Part shown: positions 1 to 9,127 of the stretch, piece after piece
Numbering within the stretch: position 1 is the stretch's first letter
Layout of the letters: each line of letters opens with the position of its first letter
Source of the DNA: an uncultured archaeon
GTDB taxonomy: Archaea; Iainarchaeota; Iainarchaeia; Iainarchaeales; CSSED10-239
Assembly (NCBI GenBank): GCA_964468895.1
Contig: CAYXWT010000002.1
Location: forward strand, 1-41,232
Direction of reading: 5' to 3'
Length of the DNA stretch: 41,232 nt
Translations under genes and position numbers: made by a program
The notes under the pieces: generated by a model
The model's database searches: none
Told to the model about the DNA's origin: nothing
Seen by the model: the letters and a program-made list of their open reading frames with translations, nothing else

Positions 1-268
1 AAGTTAATTTAGCATTTGGAAAACTAAAATCTAAAGGTACTAAAAAATAAAATTTTATTTATTTTTACCTTTATTAATTTTATTCCAAATATTATAAAAA
101 AAATCATAATATTTTTTTGCTATTCTTTCTGAAATTATTTCAAAAGCAATTGGATCTTCCCCCCATTGTGTCATTATAATTCTGTCTTTTCCAATAGTTA
201 AAAAAGCTGTTGCTAGCGGTTTAATTTCCGGCAGAGGACCTACAGGTGTTGCTGCAGCTGCTGCTTTA

Positions 269-529
269 ATGGAAGGTGAACGTAGAACTCAAAAAGAAGT
301 TGCTAATGTTGCTGGTGTTCATACTAATATCAGAAATAAGATTATGACAATTTTAAAATATTTAAAAAAACAAGGTGAAACAATTCTTTTAATAGAACAT
401 GATATATATTTTACTTTTAATGTTTGTGATTATATAGTTGTTATGGATGAAGGAAAAATAATTGCAAATGGAAAACCAAAAGATATTAAAAATAATAAAA
501 AAGTATTAGATGCATATCTTGGTAACTAA
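269..529 (+). pseudogene. C-terminal fragment of a LivG-like branched-chain amino acid ABC transporter ATP-binding protein (remnant)
   Basis: The 86-aa ORF ends ...ETILLIEHD...DEGKIIANGKPKDIKNNKKVLDAYLGN. This resembles the LivG C-terminus (LLIEHDM ... AYLG). There is no Walker A or ABC signature upstream. The upstream frame runs into a stop, and an unrelated minus-strand fragment covers 62–290. Confidence 0.4.
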
Positions 530-552
530 AATTATTTAATTGTGGATATATT

Positions 553-1258
553 ATGTTAGAATTAAAAAATATTAATTCCGGATATAGAAAATCTAAGATA
601 TTAAAAGATGTGAATTTTTTTTATAGATTGTGGGCAAATTGTTTCTATTATTGGTCCAAACGGAGCTGGAAAATCTACTTTATTAAAATCTATATTTAAT
701 TTATGTGATATATATTCTGGAAAAGTAATTTATAAATCTAGGGATATAACTAGTTATCCAACTTCTGATTTAATAGATGAAGGAATTTGTTTTTCTATGC
801 AAGGTAGACCCATTTTTTCTAATTTAACAGTTTTAGAAAATCTTGAACTTGGATTATTTAATATAAATGATCTGAAAATAATAAATCAGAAACTAAAAGA
901 TGTATTTAATAGATTTCCATTATTAGAAAAAAAGAAAAATGAACTTGCTTTTACTCTTTCTGGTGGTCAACAACAAATACTTTCTATTGCAAGATCTCTT
1001 TTACAAGATCCTGAAGTTCTACTTTTAGACGAACCATCTTTAGGCCTTGACCCTAAAACTCAAAAACAAATTTTTAATATAATTAAAGATATTAATAAAA
1101 GTGGTGTTACTATTATTATGGTTGAACAGAATGCAAAACAAGCAGTAGAGATATCTTATTTAGTTTATATTTTAGAAAATGGAAAAGTTATTTTAAAAGG
1201 AAACAAAGATATTTTAAAAAATAAAAAAATTAAAGAAATCTATTTTGGTGGTAGATAG
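553..1258 (+). pseudogene. livF: LivF-like ABC transporter ATP-binding protein, frameshifted in a T8 homopolymer at about 615–622
   Basis: The N-terminal piece (frame of ATG 553) reads MLELKNINSGYRKSKILKDVNFF and then terminates. Removing one T from the T8 run gives ...DCGQIVSIIGPNGAGKSTLLKSIFN... (Walker A), continuous with ORF 797–1258. That ORF carries the ABC signature LSGGQQQ, Walker B LLLDEPSLGLD and the H-loop region. Confidence 0.6.
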
Positions 1259-1408
1259 TCATTTTTAATATGGTTTAAATAAGTTTTTATATCTGAAATA
1301 TACTCTATATTTTTCATTAAAATAAAATTTATTAAAAACAACTTATTTTATTAATTTTGTATTTATATATTATATATATTTTATAATTTATTTTAAATAT
1401 GATTAGTT

Positions 1409-2347
1409 ATGAGTGATGATAATACTAAAAATGAGAGTAATATTTATGATGTTGCAATTATTGGTGGAGGACCTGCTGGTCTTACTAGTTCTATATATGC
1501 AGCTAGATATAAACTAAATACAGTTGTTTTTACAAATGGATTTGGAGGAGTTATGTCTAGTGCACATAAAGTTTGTAATTATCCTGGTTTTATTGATATT
1601 ACTGGAATGGATCTTGCAAACAAAATGATGTCTCAAGCTAAAAGTTTAGGTGTTAATATTGTTTTTGAAGGAATTGTAAATATAATTAAAAATGATTCTG
1701 AAAATATATTTGTAGTTGAAAGTGAATCTCAAAGTATAAGATCTAAAAAAGTAATTGTTGCTATTGGTCAAAAAAGAAGAGAATTAAATATTCCTAGAGA
1801 AAAAGAATTGGTTGGAAAAGGAATTAGTTATTGTGCTACTTGTGATGGTAATTTTTACAAAGAAAAAGTTGTAAGTGTTATTGGTGGTTCTGATGCAGCA
1901 GTTACTGCAGCATTATTACTTTCTGATGTTGCTAGTAAGGTATATTTAATTTATAGAAAAGATAAACTTAGAGCAGTTCCTAGTTGGATTGAATTAGTAG
2001 AAAATAATAATAAAATAGATATATTATATAATAGTGAAGTTGTTGAACTTATTGGAAATGAAAAACTGGAAAAAATTAAATTAAATACAAATAAAGAAAT
2101 AAAATTAGATGGTTTATTTATTGAAATTGGTTCAGTACCTAATAATGAGTTTACAAATAAATTAAATCTAAGTTGTGATGATAAAGGTCTTATTAAAGTA
2201 GATAGAGAATATAAAACAAATATTTTTGGTTTATTTGCAGCTGGGGATTGTACTAATTCTACTGCTCTAAAACAAATTATTACTGCTTGTTCACAAGGAT
2301 CTATTGCAGCATATACTGCTTATAAGGAAATTATAGAAAATAAATAA
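1409..2347 (+). CDS. trxB: thioredoxin-disulfide reductase-like FAD/NAD(P)-dependent oxidoreductase
   Basis: N-terminal FAD Rossmann motif DVAIIGGGPAGLTSSIYAAR. Redox-active CATCDG motif. Second dinucleotide motif VSVIGGSDAAV. C-terminal GLFAAGDC. Length 312 aa. Confidence 0.8.
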   Translation: MSDDNTKNESNIYDVAIIGGGPAGLTSSIYAARYKLNTVVFTNGFGGVMSSAHKVCNYPGFIDITGMDLANKMMSQAKSLGVNIVFEGIVNIIKNDSENIFVVESESQSIRSKKVIVAIGQKRRELNIPREKELVGKGISYCATCDGNFYKEKVVSVIGGSDAAVTAALLLSDVASKVYLIYRKDKLRAVPSWIELVENNNKIDILYNSEVVELIGNEKLEKIKLNTNKEIKLDGLFIEIGSVPNNEFTNKLNLSCDDKGLIKVDREYKTNIFGLFAAGDCTNSTALKQIITACSQGSIAAYTAYKEIIENK

Positions 2348-2394
2348 CTTTTTGTTAAAACATATATTTATATATATTTTTAATAATAATTATT

Positions 2395-2416
2395 TTGTAA
2401 ACACATGTGTTTACAA
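2395..2416. promoter_or_regulatory. perfect 22-bp palindrome (TTGTAAACACA|TGTGTTTACAA) between a TATA-like element and the RBS of the RHH antitoxin gene; putative TA operator
   Basis: The sequence is exactly self-complementary. It lies about 14 nt upstream of ATG 2430 and immediately 5' of a GGAGGT Shine-Dalgarno. This is the typical position for autoregulatory operators of RHH antitoxins. Confidence 0.5.
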
Positions 2417-2429
2417 TGGAGGTTTTATT

Positions 2430-2645
2430 ATGCTTCAAGTTCAATTAAGATTATCTCAAAATATTGTTGATAATTTAGATGGTATGATTTCTAAAGGTCT
2501 TTTTAAAAGTAGAAGTGATGCAATAAGATCTATTTTGCTTAAATATGAAGAAATTGAAAAAACTAGACATTTTTATACAGAATTAATTTGTAGAAGTAAA
2601 GAATCAAAAAATAAAAATAATTTGGTTGATTTTGAGGATTTATAG
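2430..2645 (+). CDS. ribbon-helix-helix (CopG/RHH) family antitoxin
   Basis: MLQVQLRLSQNIVDNLDGMISKGLFKSRSDAIRSIL is a classic RHH beta-strand plus two helices. GGAGGT RBS lies 6 nt upstream. The stop is 2 nt before the RelE-like gene start. The listed ORF at 2352 (TTG) is probably an over-extension. Confidence 0.6.
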   Translation: MLQVQLRLSQNIVDNLDGMISKGLFKSRSDAIRSILLKYEEIEKTRHFYTELICRSKESKNKNNLVDFEDL

Positions 2646-2647
2646 TT

Positions 2648-2914
2648 ATGAATTATATTGTTAAACTAAATAAAAAAGCATATAAAGAATATAATAAATT
2701 ATCATCTACTATTAAATTACAAATTAAAAATAAAATTTTAGAATTAAAAAATTCTAATTGTACAGGTAAGCATTTAAAATATTGTTCTTTTTGGTCTCTT
2801 AGAGTTGGAGATTATAGACTTATTTATGAAATTGAAAGTGATCATAAAACTATTCTAATTTTATTTATAGGTCATAGAAAAAAGGTTTATACAGATTTTT
2901 CAAAATTAATTTGA
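2648..2914 (+). CDS. relE: RelE/ParE-family type II toxin
   Basis: 88 aa. C-terminal LRVGDYRLIYEIESDHKTILILFIGHRKKVY matches the RelE/StbE core (vGdYRiiY ... il.IgHRkdvY). Gene is tightly coupled to the upstream RHH gene. Confidence 0.65.
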   Translation: MNYIVKLNKKAYKEYNKLSSTIKLQIKNKILELKNSNCTGKHLKYCSFWSLRVGDYRLIYEIESDHKTILILFIGHRKKVYTDFSKLI

Positions 2915-2999
2915 ATAATATACATAACAACAATATATTTTTATTAGGTAACCTTATTTAATATATATAATAATTCTAGTAAAAAGAGGATGTGATTAT

Positions 3000-3683
3000 A
3001 TGAATGAGCCAAATCCTAAATTAATTAAATTATTTGAAAATTTAAATAAAAATCTTTATAGATCAAATAAAATAATTGAATTATATACACCACTAAGTGA
3101 AATATTAAATTCACTAAACACAGATTTAGAACAATTAGATTTAGTAAATAAAAAAGAAGAATATCTTCATGATCAAGTTGAAAAAGAAATTAAAAAAAGA
3201 GAATTAATTTCTTTGTATAGAAAAATGCAAGATGTTGTTTGTAATATTAAAGAGGAAGTAGATTATTTTTATGATCAAATTCATAAAGGTGAAGAGCTTT
3301 TTGAAAAATTTAGAAGTTATAGAACTTATATATTTGAAAATCCAAAAAAATCATTAGAATATTTAAAAAAATTAACTGAAAAGTTTAATATTATAGAATT
3401 TGTTTTAAAATTTAATGTAGTAGGAACTGTTGACTTAAATGAAGTTGCCGAACATATTAAAGGTAAAAAGTTTGGTATTGATATTGTTTTTCCTAAAGAT
3501 AATTTATATTTAATTTATGAAGAAATATTAAAATCTAAAAGTACTAAATTTAGATTAATTGCAGACCAAATAGTTATCTATTTTGAAAAAGATAATATTT
3601 TAAGAATAGAAGGTCCAAGTAAAAAAGTTAAACTTTGTGATATTATTTCAAAAGAATTTGATGTTAAATTATTAGATAATTAA
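3000..3683 (+). CDS. hypothetical protein (227 aa), no recognisable motif
   Basis: Clean ORF, convergent with the ATPase gene. GGATG context upstream. Confidence 0.45.
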   Translation: MNEPNPKLIKLFENLNKNLYRSNKIIELYTPLSEILNSLNTDLEQLDLVNKKEEYLHDQVEKEIKKRELISLYRKMQDVVCNIKEEVDYFYDQIHKGEELFEKFRSYRTYIFENPKKSLEYLKKLTEKFNIIEFVLKFNVVGTVDLNEVAEHIKGKKFGIDIVFPKDNLYLIYEEILKSKSTKFRLIADQIVIYFEKDNILRIEGPSKKVKLCDIISKEFDVKLLDN

Positions 3684-3710
3684 ATATTATCTAATAATTA
3701 GTTTTTTATT

Positions 3711-6278
3711 TTAATCTAAGAAAACATTAGCTGTTTTTCCTCCATCCCAAGTTAGTCTTGGTCTGATTTTTAATAACATTACTTTTTCAGAATTATCATC
3801 TATAAGTATAGCAAAACCTTTTGCTTTTGGCATTTGTGCATAAAATTTATCCATTGGTACATTAAGATAGCTTGGTCTTATTGAAGAAACAGCTGCTATA
3901 TCATCTTGAGCAGTCATTCTCATACTTAAAAAGAAATCACATTGACTTATTGCTTCTGAATGTAATTTGTTTGGTCTTTGTGTTGCTAGTAATAAAGAAA
4001 GACCTGGTTGCCTACCAACTCTAATCCAATTTAATAAAACATCTTGAGCTATACTTTGTCTATCTCTTGGCATAAACATGTGTGCTTCATCAATCATCAT
4101 CCAAATTATTGGCATTTCACTTGCTTTTTCTTTACCATTAAGTAAGTTTATTTCTTCTTCTTTTCTATAAAGCATTCTTTCTTCATATAATTTTTTACCT
4201 AATAAACCAACTATTAGTTCTTGAATAGATTCCATTCCGATACTAGTTTTGTATGTACTTACATCAATAACAGTAATTGTTGCTGGTCTTGCAAATTCTT
4301 TTGTAGTTGTACCTTGTTTAGAAAATAAGCCCCATGATTTTGCAACACCAAGTCTATTATTTAATGCATTAATTGTATCTTTTGTGTGTTCTGTGTTTTT
4401 TTTTGCAACATTTATTATATCTTCAATATCAAATATATTTCCAACTTTAGATCTTATAATTTCTAAAGTATTTGAAAGAAGTGCACTTTCAGGATCTTTC
4501 CAATTTAATTTAAATGTTGCAAGCCAATCTTCTATTTCCATTTGTGATGTTTTTATAGAAAAATATCCATCGTGAGGTAAATTTTTTTCAACATAAAATT
4601 CTTTTTTTCCAAATGGTACAAGATTTCTAATTTCTACACCTTCTGGTTTTAAACCCCATTTTTCAAGTAGCTTTTCATCTTCTTTGTTTGCATATTTCAT
4701 AGACCAAAATATACCAACAGTATCTATTACTATAACTGATAATCTTTCTTTTATTTCAAAAGGTTGTTTACAAAATTCTTCTATTAAAACAGACATTGTG
4801 TAACTATTATGTATTATTATATTATTTGCTATAAAATTATGTGTTTTTGGTATAGTTAAATCATAAACAGTGAAATTGCCTTTAATTTCTTTTATATCTA
4901 TAATTTCATCCCAAAATATATCAGATCTTGCAATCTTTAAAATCTCTTTATCTTTTAATATATTTCCTATTTTTTCTAATTTTTGTCTACTAGGAGAATA
5001 TTTAGTACTTGCTTTAAAAAGATTAGGAACTTTATAATTAAATCCATGTCCTAGTTTCTTCCAATCATTTATTTTTAAAATTGCCCATATTTCTTTTGGT
5101 ATAGTATCTACATTTGGATTTCTATTTTTAGAGTCTTTTATATTTTTAAGTTTGTTCTTTTTTGCTCCATATAGACCAATTTCTTTTTTGAATATATAAT
5201 TAAATTTGCGTAAAATTTTCAATTCATAATTGTCATGTTTTAGGGTTTTCTTTTTCCTAAAGATAGATATTATTCCAAATCTTAGAAGTAAACTTTGAAC
5301 TTGTTTTATCATAATTTTTGAAGAAGATGAATATGTAATAGAACCTCTATTTTTGTCAAAATATATAGATCCATCACAACTAAATAATCTGTTTAAAAAG
5401 ATAGCAATATTTTCTTTTTTTTGTTTAAATATTAATTCAGGGATTTCCCTTTCAATTGCATATTTATTATATAATTCTAGCTTTTCTAAAAATTTTCTTA
5501 ATTTATTTTTTTTATCAAATTCTATATTTTTAGAGAACTTACCATTATTTCTAATATTTTTGGTAATTGTTCTTTTGATATTATCATCAACTACTCTAAA
5601 AGTATATTTGGAATGATTTTTTAAGGAAAGATTAGAATCAAATTTTTTAATACATTTTTTAAATTCACTTTGTATTTTTTCATCTTTGTTTGTAAACAAT
5701 ATAAAAGAATTTCTAAGATGACCTTCAGCTAGTAAATATGCTAATATTTTTATAATTTCTTTTTTATCATTTGATTTTCCAAATAGATTTAAGGATCTAG
5801 GTGTTGCAATACGACTATTTACATTTAAATCTTTTATTGGAATCCACCCATTTATTGTAAGTAATGGGTGCTCTGGAGTTAGTTCTAATTCTTTACCTGT
5901 TCTTAATTTTATTTTTAATATCTTTCTACATTTTCTAGAATAAAATTTATCAATGTTTTTAGTTATTATTTTTAGATTATTAGTTAACGTTGCAATTTTT
6001 TTAGTACTATTTTTTAATTCTTTAATTGTTTTTTCAGTTCCATCTGCAAGTGTTATTAGTGTGTTTTCGCATATACATTTTCCCCCACCACGTTTTCCAC
6101 AAACAATTGCAACATGTGAACGTGATAGATCCATTAATACTTTTTTACCTAATACAGGATCATCTCCACCACTAACAACAACTTTACCAATATACCCAGT
6201 TGCCTTTTCTCCATATCTTTTAAGTTGTGAAGATGTTCTTCCAACAACTATTGTTTTTTCACCTAAGTCTAATGGCAT
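3711..6278 (-). CDS. HerA/FtsK-superfamily (DUF87-like) P-loop ATPase precursor containing an intein in the Walker A motif
   Basis: N-extein ...HVAIVCGKRGGGK is followed by the intein; the C-extein resumes S..., giving GKRGGGKS (GxxxxGKS) after splicing. Walker B IIWMMIDEAHMF. ATQRP motif characteristic of HerA/FtsK/VirB4-type ATPases. Extein is about 431 aa. Confidence 0.75.
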   Translation of the reverse strand: MPLDLGEKTIVVGRTSSQLKRYGEKATGYIGKVVVSGGDDPVLGKKVLMDLSRSHVAIVCGKRGGGKCICENTLITLADGTEKTIKELKNSTKKIATLTNNLKIITKNIDKFYSRKCRKILKIKLRTGKELELTPEHPLLTINGWIPIKDLNVNSRIATPRSLNLFGKSNDKKEIIKILAYLLAEGHLRNSFILFTNKDEKIQSEFKKCIKKFDSNLSLKNHSKYTFRVVDDNIKRTITKNIRNNGKFSKNIEFDKKNKLRKFLEKLELYNKYAIEREIPELIFKQKKENIAIFLNRLFSCDGSIYFDKNRGSITYSSSSKIMIKQVQSLLLRFGIISIFRKKKTLKHDNYELKILRKFNYIFKKEIGLYGAKKNKLKNIKDSKNRNPNVDTIPKEIWAILKINDWKKLGHGFNYKVPNLFKASTKYSPSRQKLEKIGNILKDKEILKIARSDIFWDEIIDIKEIKGNFTVYDLTIPKTHNFIANNIIIHNSYTMSVLIEEFCKQPFEIKERLSVIVIDTVGIFWSMKYANKEDEKLLEKWGLKPEGVEIRNLVPFGKKEFYVEKNLPHDGYFSIKTSQMEIEDWLATFKLNWKDPESALLSNTLEIIRSKVGNIFDIEDIINVAKKNTEHTKDTINALNNRLGVAKSWGLFSKQGTTTKEFARPATITVIDVSTYKTSIGMESIQELIVGLLGKKLYEERMLYRKEEEINLLNGKEKASEMPIIWMMIDEAHMFMPRDRQSIAQDVLLNWIRVGRQPGLSLLLATQRPNKLHSEAISQCDFFLSMRMTAQDDIAAVSSIRPSYLNVPMDKFYAQMPKAKGFAILIDDNSEKVMLLKIRPRLTWDGGKTANVFLD
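4806..6077 (-). mobile_element. intein (424 aa) with LAGLIDADG homing endonuclease domain inside the ATPase gene
   Basis: Begins CICENTLITLADG (block A, Cys1). Ends NNIIIHN followed by Ser+1 (block G). Internal LAGLIDADG-type motifs ILAYLLAEGH and FLNRLFSCDGS. Junctions are in frame with the extein. Confidence 0.8.
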
Positions 6279-6293
6279 AAATATTCCTTCTAT

Positions 6294-6983
6294 TTATTTG
6301 TAAATAATTTTTTTTTGAATTTTGTTAAGATTATCTAATAAAGATATGATTGTTTTGTAGATCACATATAAACACATAATAATTAGTAATAAATAAAGTA
6401 CAATTATAAAAACATAACTAATAATTTGGAAATTTATTAAAAATATAAAAAATATTTTGGCAAGATAAACTTCTATTAGTACACCTATAAATAAAGATGA
6501 TAATGACACATAAAATAATAATATGTCTGTTTTATTAAATATATTTATTTTTATAATTAAATTCTTTTTATTAATATTAAGTAATATGTTTACTATTTTT
6601 AAAATGATAAATAATAATATTTTTATTCCAATAGTTGCAAATATAATAAAAAATATAAAATAAAATACTTCTGGTATCAATTGTACTAATAATTTAATTT
6701 GTCCTAAAAAACTAGATGTTAATAAATAAGAATGTCCTATTCCATATTTTATAGAATCTATTAAATATGAAAATGGAATAAATATTTTTTCAAAACCTAT
6801 ATTTATATTATTAATAAATACTTCTTTAAAATTTATTGAATTTGAAAGTAAAAATAATTTTGTATTTATAAGATTTTGGTTTATAGTACCAGTAATAGAA
6901 TAAATTATACCTATTATTAAACCTACAAAATAAGCTAATCCAAAAGTTGAAGCAATAAATTTATAGAAATTATCTATTTTCAT
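6294..6983 (-). CDS. polytopic integral membrane protein (about 6 predicted TM helices), immediately upstream of and co-directional with the ATPase
   Basis: 229 aa, strongly hydrophobic segments throughout. Stop is 16 nt before the ATPase start, so probably an operon. Confidence 0.55.
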   Translation of the reverse strand: MKIDNFYKFIASTFGLAYFVGLIIGIIYSITGTINQNLINTKLFLLSNSINFKEVFINNINIGFEKIFIPFSYLIDSIKYGIGHSYLLTSSFLGQIKLLVQLIPEVFYFIFFIIFATIGIKILLFIILKIVNILLNINKKNLIIKINIFNKTDILLFYVSLSSLFIGVLIEVYLAKIFFIFLINFQIISYVFIIVLYLLLIIMCLYVIYKTIISLLDNLNKIQKKIIYK

Positions 6984-7096
6984 AGTAAGATATATTATAG
7001 AAGTATTTTAAAATATAAGTTTTTAAAATTATATGTTGTAAACTTTTTAAATAAGAGGTTTTAAAAAATATTTTATTATTATTAGTATTTAATTAA

Positions 7097-8470
7097 ATGA
7101 TTATTATGTTAAGAAAAAAATTAAATTTATATAATAATGCTATTAGTTCTTTAATTGCTACTATCTTGTTAGTTGTGGTTTCTGTAGTTGTTGTAATAAT
7201 AATTTTAAATTTTAGTAAAACTTTTACTAATTCATCTATAAGCAAAGTTAGTAATATTAATAATAGTACTCTTGCAGATGTTAAAATGTATTTGCATGGT
7301 GAAGAAAGTAAAAATGGAAGACTTTTTTTTAAATATAATCCTTCTGAAAAATTAAAAAATAGAATTATAAGTGTTTATGGTTATAGTTTATTTGATTATC
7401 CCAGAATAGATTTTAATACTCCAATTGTTTTAATAGAAGGTCTTAATACTTTAGATGTAGGTATAATTTCTGAAACTTACAATTTGGTTTTATATTTAGA
7501 TAATGATTATGAAGTGTTTTTATCTAATATTAAAAACACAAATAAATATCCTAATAGTTGTCCTGATGGCTATATTTCAGTACCTGGTAATGCGCTTTAT
7601 AATACAAATTATCCTAGTACAGGTGGTTTTTGCATTATGCAATATGAAGCTAAAGTTGATGAAAATAATGATGGTATTGGAGATAGTAATCTAGATTGTA
7701 AATATGCTGTAGGTGATGCTTGGCAAACACAAAATTCTGGTGGTCTTATTAATGAAGGTTGTGAAATAGATTATGGTAATAGAAATCTTGTAAGTAGTGC
7801 AGAAGGATATCCTATTAATTATATTGCAAGTGATTATAATGTAGATTATAATTCCGATTATATAGATGCAAAAGATCTTTGTTCTGGTTTAGGTAGTAAT
7901 TATCATTTAACTACAAATGAAGAATGGATGACTATTGCAAGAAATATAGAATTGCAATCAGAAAATTGGAGCGGTGGAGAAGTTGGCTCTGGAAAAATAA
8001 AAAAAGGAAATATAGGTTATAATGAAACTGATGTTTCTTATAAAAATGGTACTTTAGAAATAGTATATACTCCTAAAACTGTAAGTGATGTTACTGCTAA
8101 ATTAATTTTAAGTAATAATTCAGAAATTTGGGATTTTAGTGGTAATCTTAATGAATGGGTAGATAAAAAAACTCAAAGACAAAATTTACCTCAATCTAAT
8201 GAATCTCCTTTTGCAGAATATCCTGAAATTACAGATTATAGTTCTTTAAATTATGAAGATTTATTTTCTCTTAATAGTGATTGGGATAATGATCAAGGAT
8301 TAGGTGAAGTTTATATTTATTATGATGCTGAAAATACAGATTTCAGATCTTGGCTAAGAGGTGGTTGTTATGCGGCTATGACTCATGCTGGAGTTTATTT
8401 GATTGATTGGCAATATAGTACTGCACAACAAATATATAGCACTGGTTTTCGTTGTGTTTATGTTCCTTAA
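7097..8470 (+). CDS. pilin-like / signal-anchored surface protein with C-terminal FGE-sulfatase (SUMF1)/DUF1566-type C-lectin-fold domain
   Basis: N-terminus MLRKKLNLYNNAISSLIATILLVVVSVVVVIIIL is a basic stretch plus a single hydrophobic helix (class III/pilin-like or type II signal anchor). C-terminal domain motifs: HLTTNEEWMTIAR, NLNEWVDKK, LRGGCYAAMTHAGVY, terminal GFRCVYVP. These are characteristic of the FGE-sulfatase/DUF1566 fold. Confidence 0.65.
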   Translation: MIIMLRKKLNLYNNAISSLIATILLVVVSVVVVIIILNFSKTFTNSSISKVSNINNSTLADVKMYLHGEESKNGRLFFKYNPSEKLKNRIISVYGYSLFDYPRIDFNTPIVLIEGLNTLDVGIISETYNLVLYLDNDYEVFLSNIKNTNKYPNSCPDGYISVPGNALYNTNYPSTGGFCIMQYEAKVDENNDGIGDSNLDCKYAVGDAWQTQNSGGLINEGCEIDYGNRNLVSSAEGYPINYIASDYNVDYNSDYIDAKDLCSGLGSNYHLTTNEEWMTIARNIELQSENWSGGEVGSGKIKKGNIGYNETDVSYKNGTLEIVYTPKTVSDVTAKLILSNNSEIWDFSGNLNEWVDKKTQRQNLPQSNESPFAEYPEITDYSSLNYEDLFSLNSDWDNDQGLGEVYIYYDAENTDFRSWLRGGCYAAMTHAGVYLIDWQYSTAQQIYSTGFRCVYVP

Positions 8471-8541
8471 TCTATTTTTAATTTTAAAGAATTAGTTTTT
8501 ATAAAAAGCAAAAAAGAAGAAATAGAAAAAAATTTATTAAT

Positions 8542-8826
8542 CTATTGTGTTTTAAAGTCTACTTTCTTCATTCTTTTTGGTATTACAAAATATGTCTTTT
8601 GTTTACAAATTTGACATTCTGCAACCCATACTGGTTTTTTATTTTGTTTTTTAACACCTTTAATATGTTTAGCCATACCACCGTAACCACTTTTGTGTTT
8701 AGCTTTATTTTTTCTTGTACCTTTAGCATTTGTTCTTGCTTTCTTTGCTTTATATGCTTTAAGTTTATGTTCTTGGTGTGCGTTACATTTTTTACAGTAA
8801 ATTTTAATAATTTTTGGTATTTCCAT
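8542..8826 (-). CDS. rpl44e: 50S ribosomal protein L44e (eL42)
   Basis: IYCKKCNAHQEHK...KHKSGYGGMAKHI...CQICKQK is the L44e zinc-ribbon signature (YCxKC ... QSGYGGQ ... CxxC). 94 aa. Confidence 0.85.
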   Translation of the reverse strand: MEIPKIIKIYCKKCNAHQEHKLKAYKAKKARTNAKGTRKNKAKHKSGYGGMAKHIKGVKKQNKKPVWVAECQICKQKTYFVIPKRMKKVDFKTQ

Positions 8827-9127
8827 ATATCTTCACATTTAATAATTTATAAATTAATTTTTTTAAAAACTTCTAAAAAAAGAGGTGTTCAAACTATCTG
8901 CTTTTAAATAGAATTTAATTGTATTATATAATATTTAAGTACTGTATATATTTAAAAATATTACCTTGTAGGTGATTTTTAAAAATATCTTATAAATATA
9001 ATTATTATTGCTTTTTATTAGTAAATTTAAGTGATTTTAAGTTATTATTTAATAATTTTTATTTTAGTTTATTTTATTAATATTTTGGATATTAGATAAT
9101 ATATTTAAAATTAAAATTTGAGAATTT

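Noticed and set aside
4249-6303. Plus-strand ORFs 4249–4575, 5353–5616 and 5953–6303
   Set aside because: They are antisense to the well-supported ATPase/intein gene. The proteins are hydrophobic and low-complexity, as expected from the reverse complement of an AT-rich coding region.
7503-7694. 63-aa ORF inside the pilin-like gene in another frame
   Set aside because: It overlaps a longer conserved ORF. It is a frame artefact.
8545-8907. 120-aa plus-strand ORF
   Set aside because: It is antisense to the L44e gene, which has clear conserved motifs. It is a Phe/Cys-rich artefact.
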